From assembly GCA_002269645.1 (NCBI GenBank), contig NIVC01004436.1, forward strand, positions 1 through 46,052: a stretch of DNA of 46,052 nucleotides, read 5' to 3'. The position numbers and the translations under genes were made by a program. This DNA is from Macrostomum lignano (taxonomy: Eukaryota). This document shows, piece after piece, positions 1 to 38,278 of this stretch; the first letter of the stretch is position 1, and the number at the start of each line of letters is the position of its first letter. Below the pieces are notes generated by a model, which was not told where the DNA came from, did not search any database, and saw only the letters and a program-made list of their open reading frames with translations.

Positions 1-1290
1 CACGTTCGACGTGTCCATCCTGACAGTGTCGGAGGGCAGCATGTTCGAGGTGCGCGCAACGCCGGCGACACCCACCTCGGCGGCGAGGACTTTGATCATC
101 GTCTGGTTGAGCACCTGATGCAAGAGTTCAAGCGCAAGTACCGCAAGGACATGAGCGGCAACGCTCGGGCTGTGAGACCCTTCGGACTGCGGCTGAGCGA
201 GCGAAGCGAACGCTGAGCAGCTCGGCACAGGCGAGCATCGAGATTGACTCGCTGTTCGAGGCATCGATTTTTACACGAGCGTCACCAGGGCTCGATTCGA
301 GGAGCTGTGCGCCGACCTGTTTCGCCAGACGATGGAGCCGGTGGAGCGAGCGCTGAGAGACGCCAAGATGGACAAGAGCAACATCAACGAGATCGTGCTG
401 GTTGGCGGATCAACCCGGATCCCGAGGTGCAGAAGTTGCTGCAAGAATTCATGGGCGGTCGGACGCTGAACAAGTCGATCAACCCGGACGAGGCGGTCGC
501 CTACGGAGCTGCCGTGCAGGCTGCGGTGCTGACTGGCGTGAAGGACGACACGATCGACGACCTGCTGCTGGGATGTGGCGCCGCTGTCTCTCGGCATCGA
601 GACCGCCGGCGGGGTGATGACCAAGATTGTCGAGCGAACAGCCGCATCCCGACCAAGGCGACGCAGACGTTCACCACCTACTCGGACAACCAGAGCGGCG
701 TCACGGTGCAGGTGTTCGAGGGCGAGCGAGCGCTCACCAGAGACAACCACCTGCTGGCCGGTTCAACCTGGACGGGATCCCGCCAGCGCCGCGCGGAGTC
801 CCTCAGATCGAGGTGACCTTCGACGTTGACGCCAACGGAATCCTGGTGGTGTCGGCGAAAGACAAGAGCACCAGCAAGGAGGAGAAGATCACGATCACGA
901 ACGACAAGGGCCGCCTCTCGAAGGACGAGATCGACAGGATGGTGCGGGATGCGGAGAAGTTCCGCGAGGAGGACGAGCGGCACCGCGAGCGCCTGGCGGC
1001 CCGCAACCAGCTCGAGTCGCTCGCCTTCCAGTACAAGCAGGCTGCCAACGACTGCAAGGACAAGCTGGGCGAGAAGGACTCCGCCGAGGTGGTGGCCGCC
1101 TGCGAGCAAGTGATTTCCTGGCTGGAGAACAACCAGACTGCGAGAAGGACGAGATTGCCACCAGCAGCAGCAACTCAGCAGCCGCTGCTCGCCAATCATG
1201 GCCAAGCTTCATCAGCAGCAGCAGCAGTCTGGTCAGCCTCAGCCTGGACATCAGCGAGCTGGAGGACCCACCGTTGAGGAGGTCGACTGA
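1..1290 (+). CDS. HSP70: Cytosolic HSP70, 3' part (5'-truncated by the window), intronless, with several 1-2 nt frameshifts (assembly errors or pseudogene)
   Basis: Reading across frames gives [71 protein letters not shown] and [15 protein letters not shown]. Ends GGA GGA CCC ACC GTT GAG GAG GTC GAC TGA (GGPTVEEVD*) at 1290. AATAAA at 1496. Confidence 0.95.
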
Positions 1291-3958
1291 GCATCATCTG
1301 CACATTCTTCAAGGACTGAGTCTCTTGAATAACCTTTGTACAAAGTATACATTTGCAATTTCATGTATCATCGATCGAGCTAGTTGTAAAAGTTTCTGCA
1401 TTGTCTAAATGCGTGTCCATTCTAAAATCTTTGCATGACTTGCGTTTAATCGTATTCTGCATTCAGAAACGTGTTTTTCACATTTTACATGTATGAATAA
1501 ATGTTAAATAAACGCGTTTAACATTAGTGATTTTTTATCATTACTATTACATTATTCAACCAAATATTAATTTAGTTGTTTATTGTCATTTCTCACATGG
1601 CATATGCATGGCGATCGTTTAGGGACGGTCTAACGGGATTACAATGGATATTAACTCGGACTTGCTGGCCTATCTATACATGTTAGTCCAGTACCCGTTT
1701 CTCCCAGTCCCAGCCAATTCAGAGGAGAGTTCATATACATTTTACGGTATTCATATATTTAAATGCTTACTGAAGGAACTGAAGAACTAATCACAATTCG
1801 CAATTTTCTCATGCGCCCATTCTTTCTCTAGAGTAATTTCTCAGACAAGCTTTAATTCTAACGTCCTTATAATTTCATGGACATGACCTGTCGCTGTAAC
1901 ACTCATTTGAACCTCCTGCGCTGTAAGCAAATTTTTTGCGACAACTCTTGCACTGTCGACGTCCCCATGTATACAGGTTGTACATAATGCTTGCAATACA
2001 TGTATATTAAACACCTGTTTATAATACATAAAGCATATTTTAGAAAACAAATTGCAGTCTGAAAAAGTACTGAGTTTCACTAAGGGTATACATATACCAT
2101 AGATTTTAAGAGCTGGCTTTATGTTCATTTTGATGTTACAAGTACACTGATACATGCAGCTGTAACTATACCAATACTATATATACATTGTACCATATCC
2201 AACCGTTGAGTAATTTTATGGACGATCCAATTGATCGGACATACAGTCTGCATGCACTACATAGATTCGGTTCTGAACCGGAATCGAGAATACGAAAAAG
2301 GTCATTGGTTTAGATCGACAAAGCCAGAAGAGAAGAAACAAATATGGGGATCCAACTGGCTCTGGTTCCGAAAGTACTATAGAATCAATAGAATCGATAC
2401 TTAAAGTATTACCCAACAACTGTAAATAAGCAATTAATTTCAAAAGTGAATGACTCCGTAAATTAAAAACAGTAAAACATAGTTTATATATTACTTTTAC
2501 GTATTGACTTTTAATTTACATTGAAGTTTTTGTTAAAATATGTAATAATTTACAAAATTTTAAACTTTCCAAGAAAAATCTAAGAAAAGCTCAACAACTT
2601 AAAATAGTACCTCTTGGTCCTTTTGTAAGCATGAGGAACAAGATGAATAACTATCTTTATGATCTTAATTTCGAAATATATTAGAAGTAATTTCTGGTGT
2701 TCTTAACTGTTAGGAATTATAAACGCGAGTTAAAAACAATGAAAATATACAATGTTCTTAGACTTAAAACAACGAAAAGAGTTTTGTCATTGCGTGATTA
2801 TTGTCTACAGGAACTACACTACTGTATTAAATTGGTCGTTTGCTCTTGGTACAAAAAGCCTTACTTAATATCTACCTATTTAAATCCAGAATAGGTGCCA
2901 ATTACAAAGTCGATGGTTTTACTATAATTTTTTAAATGGTAACTATAGGGCTTTTCACATTACCAATTCCAGAACCAGAATCGGTTCGGATTTCCAAAAA
3001 AACAGTATAACTATTTAACTTTTTTGAATGTTTAACTGCCTTAACAGCCTCACTTTCACAATTTTTCACTTTCTTCTTGGCTATTGCCATACAATAATCA
3101 CAACTTTAAAGCACTAATATCCCTCTAGTTTAGGAGACAAAAAGTTATACTTTACAAATTGGATCTGGTTCTAGAACCAGAATAAGCAATATGAAAAGGC
3201 CTTGTTAAACAATTAGTAATTTTTATTATTCTATGATATACAAATACTGTGTGCTCTTTTTGTTAAAATGAAGAATATTTACTAATGAATTAACAGTTCT
3301 GTCTTATAGTTTGAATTTATTACTTGTGAATAACCAAAGTATACATGAAATAAATGCTTATGTTTATCTTAATAGAAAAACTATATAGGCCTCGCCTTTT
3401 CAGTTTAATATAATTTATATTTTTATTTCATTTCATTAAATTCATTAATTTGATTCAAACTGATATCACTATTAAATAGAAGGTAGGCCTAAACATTGCC
3501 AATTAATATAAAGTATGTTTGTTTTGGATAGCCATAAGTAAATAAAAAAGATTTATTAGATTTCTAAAATGTCATTTTTATCATAAATATAAACTTAAAT
3601 ATGCAAAAATTAAAATAAATTGATTTCGTGTTTTATTGACTAGTAGTAATACATAAATCCACTTATACTAAATACTTTACTATATCTTCTAAGAATGGTA
3701 TAATTACAATTTAGCTAGAGTATAATTTTTCTTTGATTATAAGTCTTAGGCTTTAATATTTGATAAGTATCTAAGCTATTATAAATCAAATCAAGTGAAT
3801 ATATGGCAAATTTAACAAGTAGCGATAACTATATATTTTTAATAGTTTTTTACTCAGAGTTTTCAAATTATATTTTTTGCTTTTTATATCATCTTTATAT
3901 ACACAAAATTTAAAATAATCATTTATTTATTGCATGGATATTACTTAAAGAACAAGTC

Positions 3959-30915
<26,957 letters not shown>

Positions 30916-30954
30916 GTTCGTTTTGGTTTGTTTTATTAGTGTAGAATCTCTCAC

Positions 30955-31604
30955 TAATTCCCCCTGTGAGACTTGGCATCTCAGCATTCCCCCTGTGAGA
31001 CTTGGCATCTCAGCATTCCCCCTGTGAGACTTGGCATCTCAGCATTCCCCCTGTGAGACTTGGCATCTCAGCATTCCCCCTGTGAGACTTGGCATCTCAG
31101 CATTCCCCCTGTGAGACTTGGCATCTCAGCATTCCCCCTGTGAGACTTGGCATCTCAGCATTCCCCCTGTGAGACTTGGCATCTCAGCATTCCCCCTGTG
31201 AGACTTGGCATCTCAGCATTCCCTCTGTGAGACTTGGCATCTCAGCATTCCCTCTGTGAGACTTGGCATCTCAGCATTCCCCCTGTGAGACTTGGCATCT
31301 CAGCATTCATCATTTTGGGATTATAAGAATTGGCATCTCAGCACCCCCCTTTGGGATTATAAGAATTGGCATCTCAGCATCCCCCCTTTGGGATTATAAG
31401 AATTGGCATCTCAGCATCCCCCCCTTTGGGATCATAAGAATTGGCATCTCAGCATCCCCCCCTTTGGGATCATAAGAATTGGCATCTCAGCATCCCCCCT
31501 TTGGGATTATAAGAATTGGCATCTCAGCATTTCCCCTTTGGGATTACAAGAATTGGCATCTCAGCATCCCCCTTTGGGATTATAAGAATTGGCATCTCAG
31601 CATC
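30955..31604. repeat. Intron 26 minisatellite: 29-bp unit switching to a related 36-38-bp unit at ~31305, cut off by the Polinton
   Basis: CAGCATTCCCCCTGTGAGACTTGGCATCT, then CAGCATCCCCCTTTGGGATTATAAGAATTGGCATCT; ends abruptly at ...CAGCATC|AGTAGT. Confidence 0.9.
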
Positions 31605-31875
31605 AGTAGTATAGAAAAAGACGCTTCTAGACCCAGAGCACTTTTTTAATGACCGTTTTAAGGGTCTAGAGGGGGGACACGGGGGGTAAATAAAAAAACA
31701 CATCTAAACACCATTAATACATCTAATCACCCATAATCACCCCTAACAATAAAAATCACATCCCAACACTTCCAAACACTCCCCAACACCCCCCTCGCGT
31801 CCCCCCTCTTAAGACCTTACAAACGGCCATTAAAATAAGGTCTGATCTGTAAGCGTCTTTTTCTATACTACTACT
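31605..31875. repeat. Terminal inverted-repeat cassette: arms 31605-31686 and 31789-31875
   Basis: AGTAGTATAGAAAAAGACGCTT (31605-31626) is the exact reverse complement of 31851-31872. Imperfect pairing continues to the G6/C6 tracts. Confidence 0.9.
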
Positions 31876-31957
31876 CTATAACCCCTTGCCCGCGCCGCAG
31901 GCGCGAAGGGTCGGAAAGAATAGAAGCTATTTATAGTCAGCTCACCTACCCACCCAA

Positions 31958-32055
31958 CATTCCATTTAGACCAGATTTTAGACCAAACAAAACTAGACTA
32001 TCGTTTTGGTTTTCGTTTTCAAAAATTTGGTCTAAAATCTGGTCTAAATGGAATG
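31958..32055. repeat. Perfect 30-bp inverted repeat with a 38-nt spacer
   Basis: CATTCCATTTAGACCAGATTTTAGACCAAA (31958-31987) and TTTGGTCTAAAATCTGGTCTAAATGGAATG (32026-32055). Confidence 0.95.
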
Positions 32056-32093
32056 CAGACAATCTTTTTCTGTTACTAAAAATAGAACAAAAA

Positions 32094-32492
32094 ATGACAC
32101 ACGTTACACATATGCAAAATCTGAATGAATTGCAGGTAGGAGACCCAGTTGAATACCGAGGTGAGGGGCTTTTTGATGTGGTTGGAACAGCAGCAAATTT
32201 TGTTAAAGACAATATGGGGCTTATAGGGCAAGCTGGCTCTGCAGCAGGCTCTATAACAAATGCTGTAAAAGGAGGAATTGAAGCAGCTAGAGCGGCAGAA
32301 GAACTAAAGAAATTGAGAGATTTTAACGACACCCTCTCACAAATAAATGCAATAAAAGATTTAAAGCTGGCACAAGCCGCACAACCAACAGAAACCCCCA
32401 CGAAAAGCGCACCAATAAGTAATAAAGATATTCAGGATTTTAATAAAATGTTAAATACTATTAAAGGTGGAAAAGGATTAAAGAAATTTTAA
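32094..32492 (+). CDS. Putative virion core/membrane-lytic precursor (adenovirus pVI-like), 132 aa
   Basis: YRGEG|LFDVVGTAANFVKDNMG looks like a cleavage site followed by an amphipathic helix. C-terminal KGGKG|LKKF. Function is inferred. Confidence 0.5.
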   Translation: MTHVTHMQNLNELQVGDPVEYRGEGLFDVVGTAANFVKDNMGLIGQAGSAAGSITNAVKGGIEAARAAEELKKLRDFNDTLSQINAIKDLKLAQAAQPTETPTKSAPISNKDIQDFNKMLNTIKGGKGLKKF

Positions 32493-32502
32493 CAATATAA
32501 AA

Positions 32503-33489
32503 ATGGACACAGATAACGACCGCTTATATTTTATAGGAGAAATTGTAGACACTTTAGATTTGGATGATAATAAACATAGCCACACAATGTTAAAAAGATT
32601 GGATCGATTAGGTAAAAAGTTTGACTACGACATCGATACATTTAAACTCGCAGCAAAATATGCACAAGAAGGAAGGCCAATATCCTTTAAGAATCGCGGC
32701 AGAAATTATAGGTTGACAGACTCCGATGTGAAATTTTTAATGGAGACTCACACTAAAAAGGACGGCGGATTACTACCCATTCTACCGCTTCTTTTAGGGC
32801 TTGGCGCAGCTGGAGCAGTCGGTTTAGCCGGAAAAAGAATTCATGATAATGTAAAACAGCTAGGAGAGTTAAGAGCGAAACAGGGGGGAATCTTGCCCCT
32901 TGCAGCTTTGCTCCCAATAATTTTTGCAGGAATTGGAGCAGCTGGAGGAGTTGCTGGCGGAGCAGCTGGAATTGCAAAAGCAGTAAATGACAAAAAAGCT
33001 GCGGACGAAAAAGCTAAAAGAGAGGCCGAATTTCAAAGACAGCAAATAACGCAGGACGCACAATTTAAACAAAAACTTATCGATACAATTAATAGTAGTT
33101 CAGCAACAGCAGAGCAAAAAAGAAATGCAGAAGCTAGGTTAGCAGCCGGAAAAGGTTTACTCTTGCAAGGAACAAATCACGGGAATGGTTTGGTACTAAA
33201 AGGAACAACCCAAGGAAGTGGAGTTGTAGCAGATAAACTACATGAATTTGGTCAAACTTTAGAAAAAACGGGTGAGAAAGCTAAAGGATTTTTTGACAAT
33301 ATTGGATCCAATTTTAGACCAGCTGTTCAGAAAATTTTTAATAAATTAGGAAAAGATTTTAACATCATTGAAAAACACGACGGAAGCGGATTATATCTCG
33401 AAATGCGACCAAAAGCAGGTTCAGGAATTTTCTTAAATTCAAACGTTATGGGCAATGGATTGCTATTACCAAAAGCAGATCTCGAATAG
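32503..33489 (+). CDS. Core polyprotein with two adenovirus pX/mu-like segments, 328 aa
   Basis: GGLLPILPLLLGLGAAG and GGILPLAALLPIIFAGIGAAGGVAGGAAGIAKA resemble the adenovirus pX C-terminal GGILPLLIPLIAAAIGAVPGIA. Six further GxG-hydrophobic motifs follow. Confidence 0.7.
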   Translation: MDTDNDRLYFIGEIVDTLDLDDNKHSHTMLKRLDRLGKKFDYDIDTFKLAAKYAQEGRPISFKNRGRNYRLTDSDVKFLMETHTKKDGGLLPILPLLLGLGAAGAVGLAGKRIHDNVKQLGELRAKQGGILPLAALLPIIFAGIGAAGGVAGGAAGIAKAVNDKKAADEKAKREAEFQRQQITQDAQFKQKLIDTINSSSATAEQKRNAEARLAAGKGLLLQGTNHGNGLVLKGTTQGSGVVADKLHEFGQTLEKTGEKAKGFFDNIGSNFRPAVQKIFNKLGKDFNIIEKHDGSGLYLEMRPKAGSGIFLNSNVMGNGLLLPKADLE

Positions 33490-33573
33490 GCTCCTGGGGG
33501 GAGGGTCTGGACACCAAAAACACAAAATTAAAAAATCAATAATTCAAACATTATATAAATTTTATTCTATAAA

Positions 33574-36500
33574 ATGGAAGCAATTTTAGCTCAAATCGAC
33601 AACCCTGAACTTAGAGCACAATTAATAGCTCAAATCGATGCACAACGAATTGCCGATAGGGCTGAAATAGAAGCAAGAATTAGGGCAGAAAATGAGATAC
33701 GTTTAGAAAGACAATTAAATGATATTAATAACCCCCAACCACAAGGACAAAATGGAGCTGAAGTAATATATATAGATATAGATATAAATACAAATTATAA
33801 AGAATATTTTAAACAAATGAAAGATAAATTAAAGACCATATTAAACAATTATACTATAAGGCCAAATAACAAACGACAGCCAATTAAGTATAAAATAGAA
33901 GTTGAAACAGAATTTAAAAAACCAAATATTCTTAATGCAAATTCAGAAATTGAAGTAATAAATAACTTTTCACAAGAATCATATAAAACATTATTATCAA
34001 TGGGAAATTACAACAATCAATTCGATCAAATAGAAGCTGAGTTTGATGAATGGATAGATAAGATGACAGAAAACGGATCTGGGTTTATATTTGTATCCTG
34101 TAATTCAGCAACAGTAAAGATTGCACCCATAGAAATTCTTAAAGGACGATCACATATGAAGCTCAAATTTAAATCACCTATGATTATAAATCCAGACAAT
34201 AAAGATAATAAATGTTTATTATGGTGTTTATTAATTCATAAATATCACAATCAAGTAGAATCACACATTAATAAAATATATAATTATAGACAATATGAGG
34301 ATGAAATAATAATGAAAAACATATCATACCCAGTAGCAATAGATGATATATATAAGATTGAAAAAATGAATGGTTTAAATATTAATGTTTTTACAATTGA
34401 AGAACCAAAAGATCTAGAAGAAATTCAGCAGGTCGATCCAGAATGGTATAAGAAAAACTGTTATCTTGTTAAGCCAGCAACTGATATAACAGCACCAGAT
34501 CAAATCGATCTTTTGTACATGCAGCGCGAAAATGAAACACATTATATATACATAAAAGATATTAGTTCTTTTTTAAGAGAAAATAGAAATAGATATCCAC
34601 TATGTAGAAATTGTTTTACATTTAAAAAGGATGAAACAGCTCTTAAAAACCACCAACGATTTTGTTTAGATCACAAATTTACTAATGCTATAATGCCAGC
34701 ATCTGAAGATGCAACCCTAAAGTTCCAACAACATTATATGGCAGTTAAAAAACCAATAGTAATATATGCTGATTTTGAAGCAACAAATGTTCCCTTAAAA
34801 GAATCACAGACGGCATCTGATGATGGGGATCATGCAAAGCATGCGACCCTACGGGACGAATGCACAAAAAAATTGGCACAACAGTTTCCGAATAGTTATT
34901 GTATATATGTACACTCTGTAGCTGATCATATATTTAAATCAAGGATGATTACTTACCACGGTAATGATGCAGCTAAGCACATGGCAGAATCATTAGTAAA
35001 TGTATTTGAATATATTCAAAATCAATATGATAAATTATCAAAAAATATTAATATGACAAATAAGGATAGAGACAATTATAAAAATGCAACAAATTGTTTT
35101 ATGTGCAAAAGATATTTAAGTAAGAAAAATAAGATACGAGAACATTGTCATCTAACAGGAAATTATCGAGGGGCAGCATGTAGATCATGTAATGCAAAAG
35201 AAGGAAAAGGATGTAAGGAAATACCAGTATTTTTTCATAATGGTTCCGGATATGATTTTCATTTCTTAGTTCGAGAATTGCTTCATTTAGGAAAGGATGA
35301 ATATGAAATAAATATATTACCTAAAACATCAGAAAATTACATATCAATAACATATGGTAAGAAATACTCCCATCTAGTTTTTCTAGATTCCTTGAGATTC
35401 TTATCAACATCTTTAGCAAATGTTGTTTCATCATTAGTTCCAAAACCATGGGATTTAGAAATAGTAAAGAAAAACTTTCCAATACTATTGAATCGTTTCA
35501 AAAAAGAAAAACTATCCGAGGAAGAACTAATGCTATTAACTCGTAAGGGCATCTATCCATATGAATATGTAACATCTGAAGACGTATTTTTTCATACCGA
35601 ATTACCCCCAATTGAAAAGTTTTATTCAACATTATCACAAACAAACATAAGTGAATCGGATTATGAACACGCTCAAAAAGTATGGAAATACTTTAATTGT
35701 AAAACATTTAAAGATTATCATAATCTATATCTTAAAGCAGATGTTCTCCTATTAGCTGATGCATTTGAAAACTTTAGGAATCATACATATGAGAATTTTA
35801 AAATTGATCCCGCATATTGTTTCAGTGCACCGGGATTAACATGGGCTTGTGGTTTGAAACATACAGATGTTAAGATTGATTTACTAACTGATCATGATAT
35901 GTTGTTAATGATTGAGAGAGGAATTCGCGTGGATTCTCGGGTGTACTAGGAGATAGATATACTAAAGTAAATAATAAGTATCTTCCAAATTATAATAAAA
36001 AAGAAAAATCATCATATGTATTATATCTAGATGCAAACAATTTATACGGTGGTTGTATGAAACAAAAATTACCAATAGCTGATTTCCAATGGGAAGATGA
36101 CCCCGATTATTACAAAAATATTCCCGAAGGAAGGGGCTGTATCGTAGAAGTGGATTTGCAATATACTCGGGAAGCAAAAGCAAAAACATATAAATATCCT
36201 TTAGCTCCAGAGCATTGTTCAGTTAATGAAGATGATTTATCACAAACACAAAAAGATTATCTTAAAGCAGATAATGCAAAACATCTAGCAACAAAAAAAT
36301 TAATATTAAATTTACATGATAAGAAAAACTATGTAGTGCATTATAAGCTTCTACAATTTTATGAAAAGCAGGGATTAAAAGTGTCTAAAGTACATCGAAC
36401 AATATCGTTTATTGAGGAAGATTGGTTAGCTAAATATATTGACTTTAATTCAAATCAGAGACAGATGTCAAAAACAAATTTTGAGAAAGATTATTGGAAA

Positions 36501-37571
36501 TTAATGAATAATGCTTTTTATGGAAAAACGGTTGAAAATATTAGAGATAGAACCCAATTCCATTTAGAAAAGGATATTGATAAAGCAAAGAAATATTTCT
36601 CAAAACCTAACTTTAAAGACTTTATAAAATTTGATGATAACTTTATGGGTATTCATATGAGAAATAAAACAACAAAATTTCTTAAACCAATATTTATTGG
36701 AATGGTTGTTTTAGATTATGCAAAGCTGGTAATGTATGAATACTATTATGATGTTATAAATAAAACATGGCCAGATAACTATCCAATATATGCAGACACC
36801 GACAGTTTGGTATTTAAGGTTGAAACAGAGGATCGGGCAAAGCCCGCGAACCAAAGGTTCGATGTCTATAAAGATATGGAAAAAATTAAGGATACATTGG
36901 ATACCTCCGACTATCCGGATAACCATCCTTTAAAATCAGATCAAAATAAAAAAGTTGTACTTAAAATGAAAGATGAATTAAATAGCAAAATCATAACCGA
37001 GTTTATAGCAATAAGATCAAAATGCTATGCATTTAAGGTTTTAGGACAGGAGGGAGAGGTAAAAAAAATAAAAGGGGTATCAAGAGCAGCAGTAAAAAAG
37101 ATAACATTTGATGATTATAAAAACGTACTTTTAGATTACCTTAATACAATTGAAAATTATCATGCTCCACAATATCGATTAAATTCAGATAAGCATCAGA
37201 TGTTTGTCATCGAGACAGATAAAAAAACATTAAGTCCATTTGATGATAAAAGATATTTAGATGATAAAATTAAAACATATCCATATGGTTTAAAAGAAGA
37301 GATAAAAAATATGATAAAAGATAAAAAACAAAAAGAAGATATAATAAGTAAATATAATGAATACAAAGCGGCAATAAATAATTATTATTACGATTGTGAT
37401 TGTGAATCCGAATGTGATTGTGAATATAATACATTTCTAGAATATGAAAAAGATATAGATAATTATTATTCAACATTTCCAAAAGAACTTAAAAAATTAA
37501 ATAAGGAAAAAGTCTTGAATAACTGGAAGAGATTAACAGAAAAATTACTTATCGGGTCTGTAAAAAACTAA
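33574..37571 (+). CDS. polB: Protein-primed family B DNA polymerase, split by one missing base at ~35930
   Basis: ExoI IYADFEA, ExoII FHNGSGYDFHF, ExoIII YLKADVLLLAD. Endonuclease-VII-like Zn module CFMC...EHCHLTGNYRGAACRSCN. Restoring one G gives GIRGGFSGVLGDRY...YLDANNLYG (motif A). Motif B KLMNNAFYGK, motif C YADTDS. Confidence 0.95.
34829..34860 (+). mobile_element. Double-hairpin insert, copy in the polB exonuclease region
   Basis: AT CATGC AAA GCATG CGACCC TAC GGGACG AA. Confidence 0.75.
36832..36863 (+). mobile_element. Double-hairpin insert, copy in the polB palm just after YADTDS
   Basis: AT CGGGC AAA GCCCG CGAACC AAA GGTTCG AT. Confidence 0.85.
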
Positions 37572-37904
37572 AGCATGTAATTGTTTGAGCAAATCATTAA
37601 CTTCAATTTCATATATTATTGAGCACCAATTATCCTCACAGTCGGCAGGGTAACTTAAACAATCCTTTATTTTTTTCCTAAGTTTTTTTATTTTTCTAAC
37701 CAATCTATCTATTTCAATTTCAATTACTATTTCAGCATAAACAATATCTTGTCTTAAAAAACGTTTTCTTTTATCTATCTCATATCGGATGGGAAACATA
37801 TCGTCCCCATACTCATGATATTTCTGAGATATAATTATATTTATTTTTTTATTAATATCATTAAGTTCACGCTCTTTAGTGATAAGGATTTTTATCGTAT
37901 CCAT
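37545..37904 (-). CDS. Hypothetical viral protein, 119 aa
   Basis: Open ORF with AAAATG start context; no family recognised. Confidence 0.55.
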   Translation of the reverse strand: MDTIKILITKERELNDINKKINIIISQKYHEYGDDMFPIRYEIDKRKRFLRQDIVYAEIVIEIEIDRLVRKIKKLRKKIKDCLSYPADCEDNWCSIIYEIEVNDLLKQLHALVFYRPDK

Positions 37905-37908
37905 TTTC

Positions 37909-38252
37909 TTATAAAAAATTTAAACTTATTCGGTCATCCTCCCAAACAGCCGCCAATTTTACAGTCCTATCACTCTTTTTATTATTTGTTTGTTTTAGTT
38001 TAAATTGCAATCCACCCTCGTTGCAGTATTTCATAACAAACGCTTTAGGTTTATTAATAACTAAAACAGGAAAATTTTTAACATCATCTCCGCTTAGACA
38101 TAAAATTTTTTGCCCATCTAATTGTAAAAATATTGATTGAAGCCAATAAATTTAACCTGTCTCAAACATACAATATTATATTCTTTATTCTCCAACATAT
38201 TGGGTGTGAGATAATTAATCACATTAGAATCGGTTTTGAACCAGCTCTCCAT
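37909..38252 (-). CDS. Hypothetical viral protein of ~114 aa with one frameshift (absent from the ORF track)
   Basis: MESWFKTDSNVINYLTPNMLENKEYNIVCLRQVKFIGFNQYF/LQLDGQKILCLSGDDVKNFPVLVINKPKAFVMKY...ISLNFL*. The span is 344 nt, one short of a multiple of 3. TAAAAATG start. Confidence 0.55.
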
Positions 38253-38278
38253 TTTTAATCTAAAAAAATAACAAAAAA

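Noticed and set aside
271-1251. Antisense and alternative-frame ORFs over HSP70 and GC-rich VPS13D exons
   Set aside because: Shadow ORFs caused by high GC3; the sense frame has clear homology.
2268-3181. Heat-shock elements (TTCTAGAA in palindrome 3164-3181; related GGTTC/GAACC motifs at about 2268 and 2968)
   Set aside because: Only two correctly spaced nGAAn units, and they lie downstream of HSP70; more likely a small dispersed repeat.
31605-31875. Independent MITE insertion
   Set aside because: No target-site duplication in any register (AGCATC versus CTATAA or ACTCTA). Kept instead as a terminal-structure finding.
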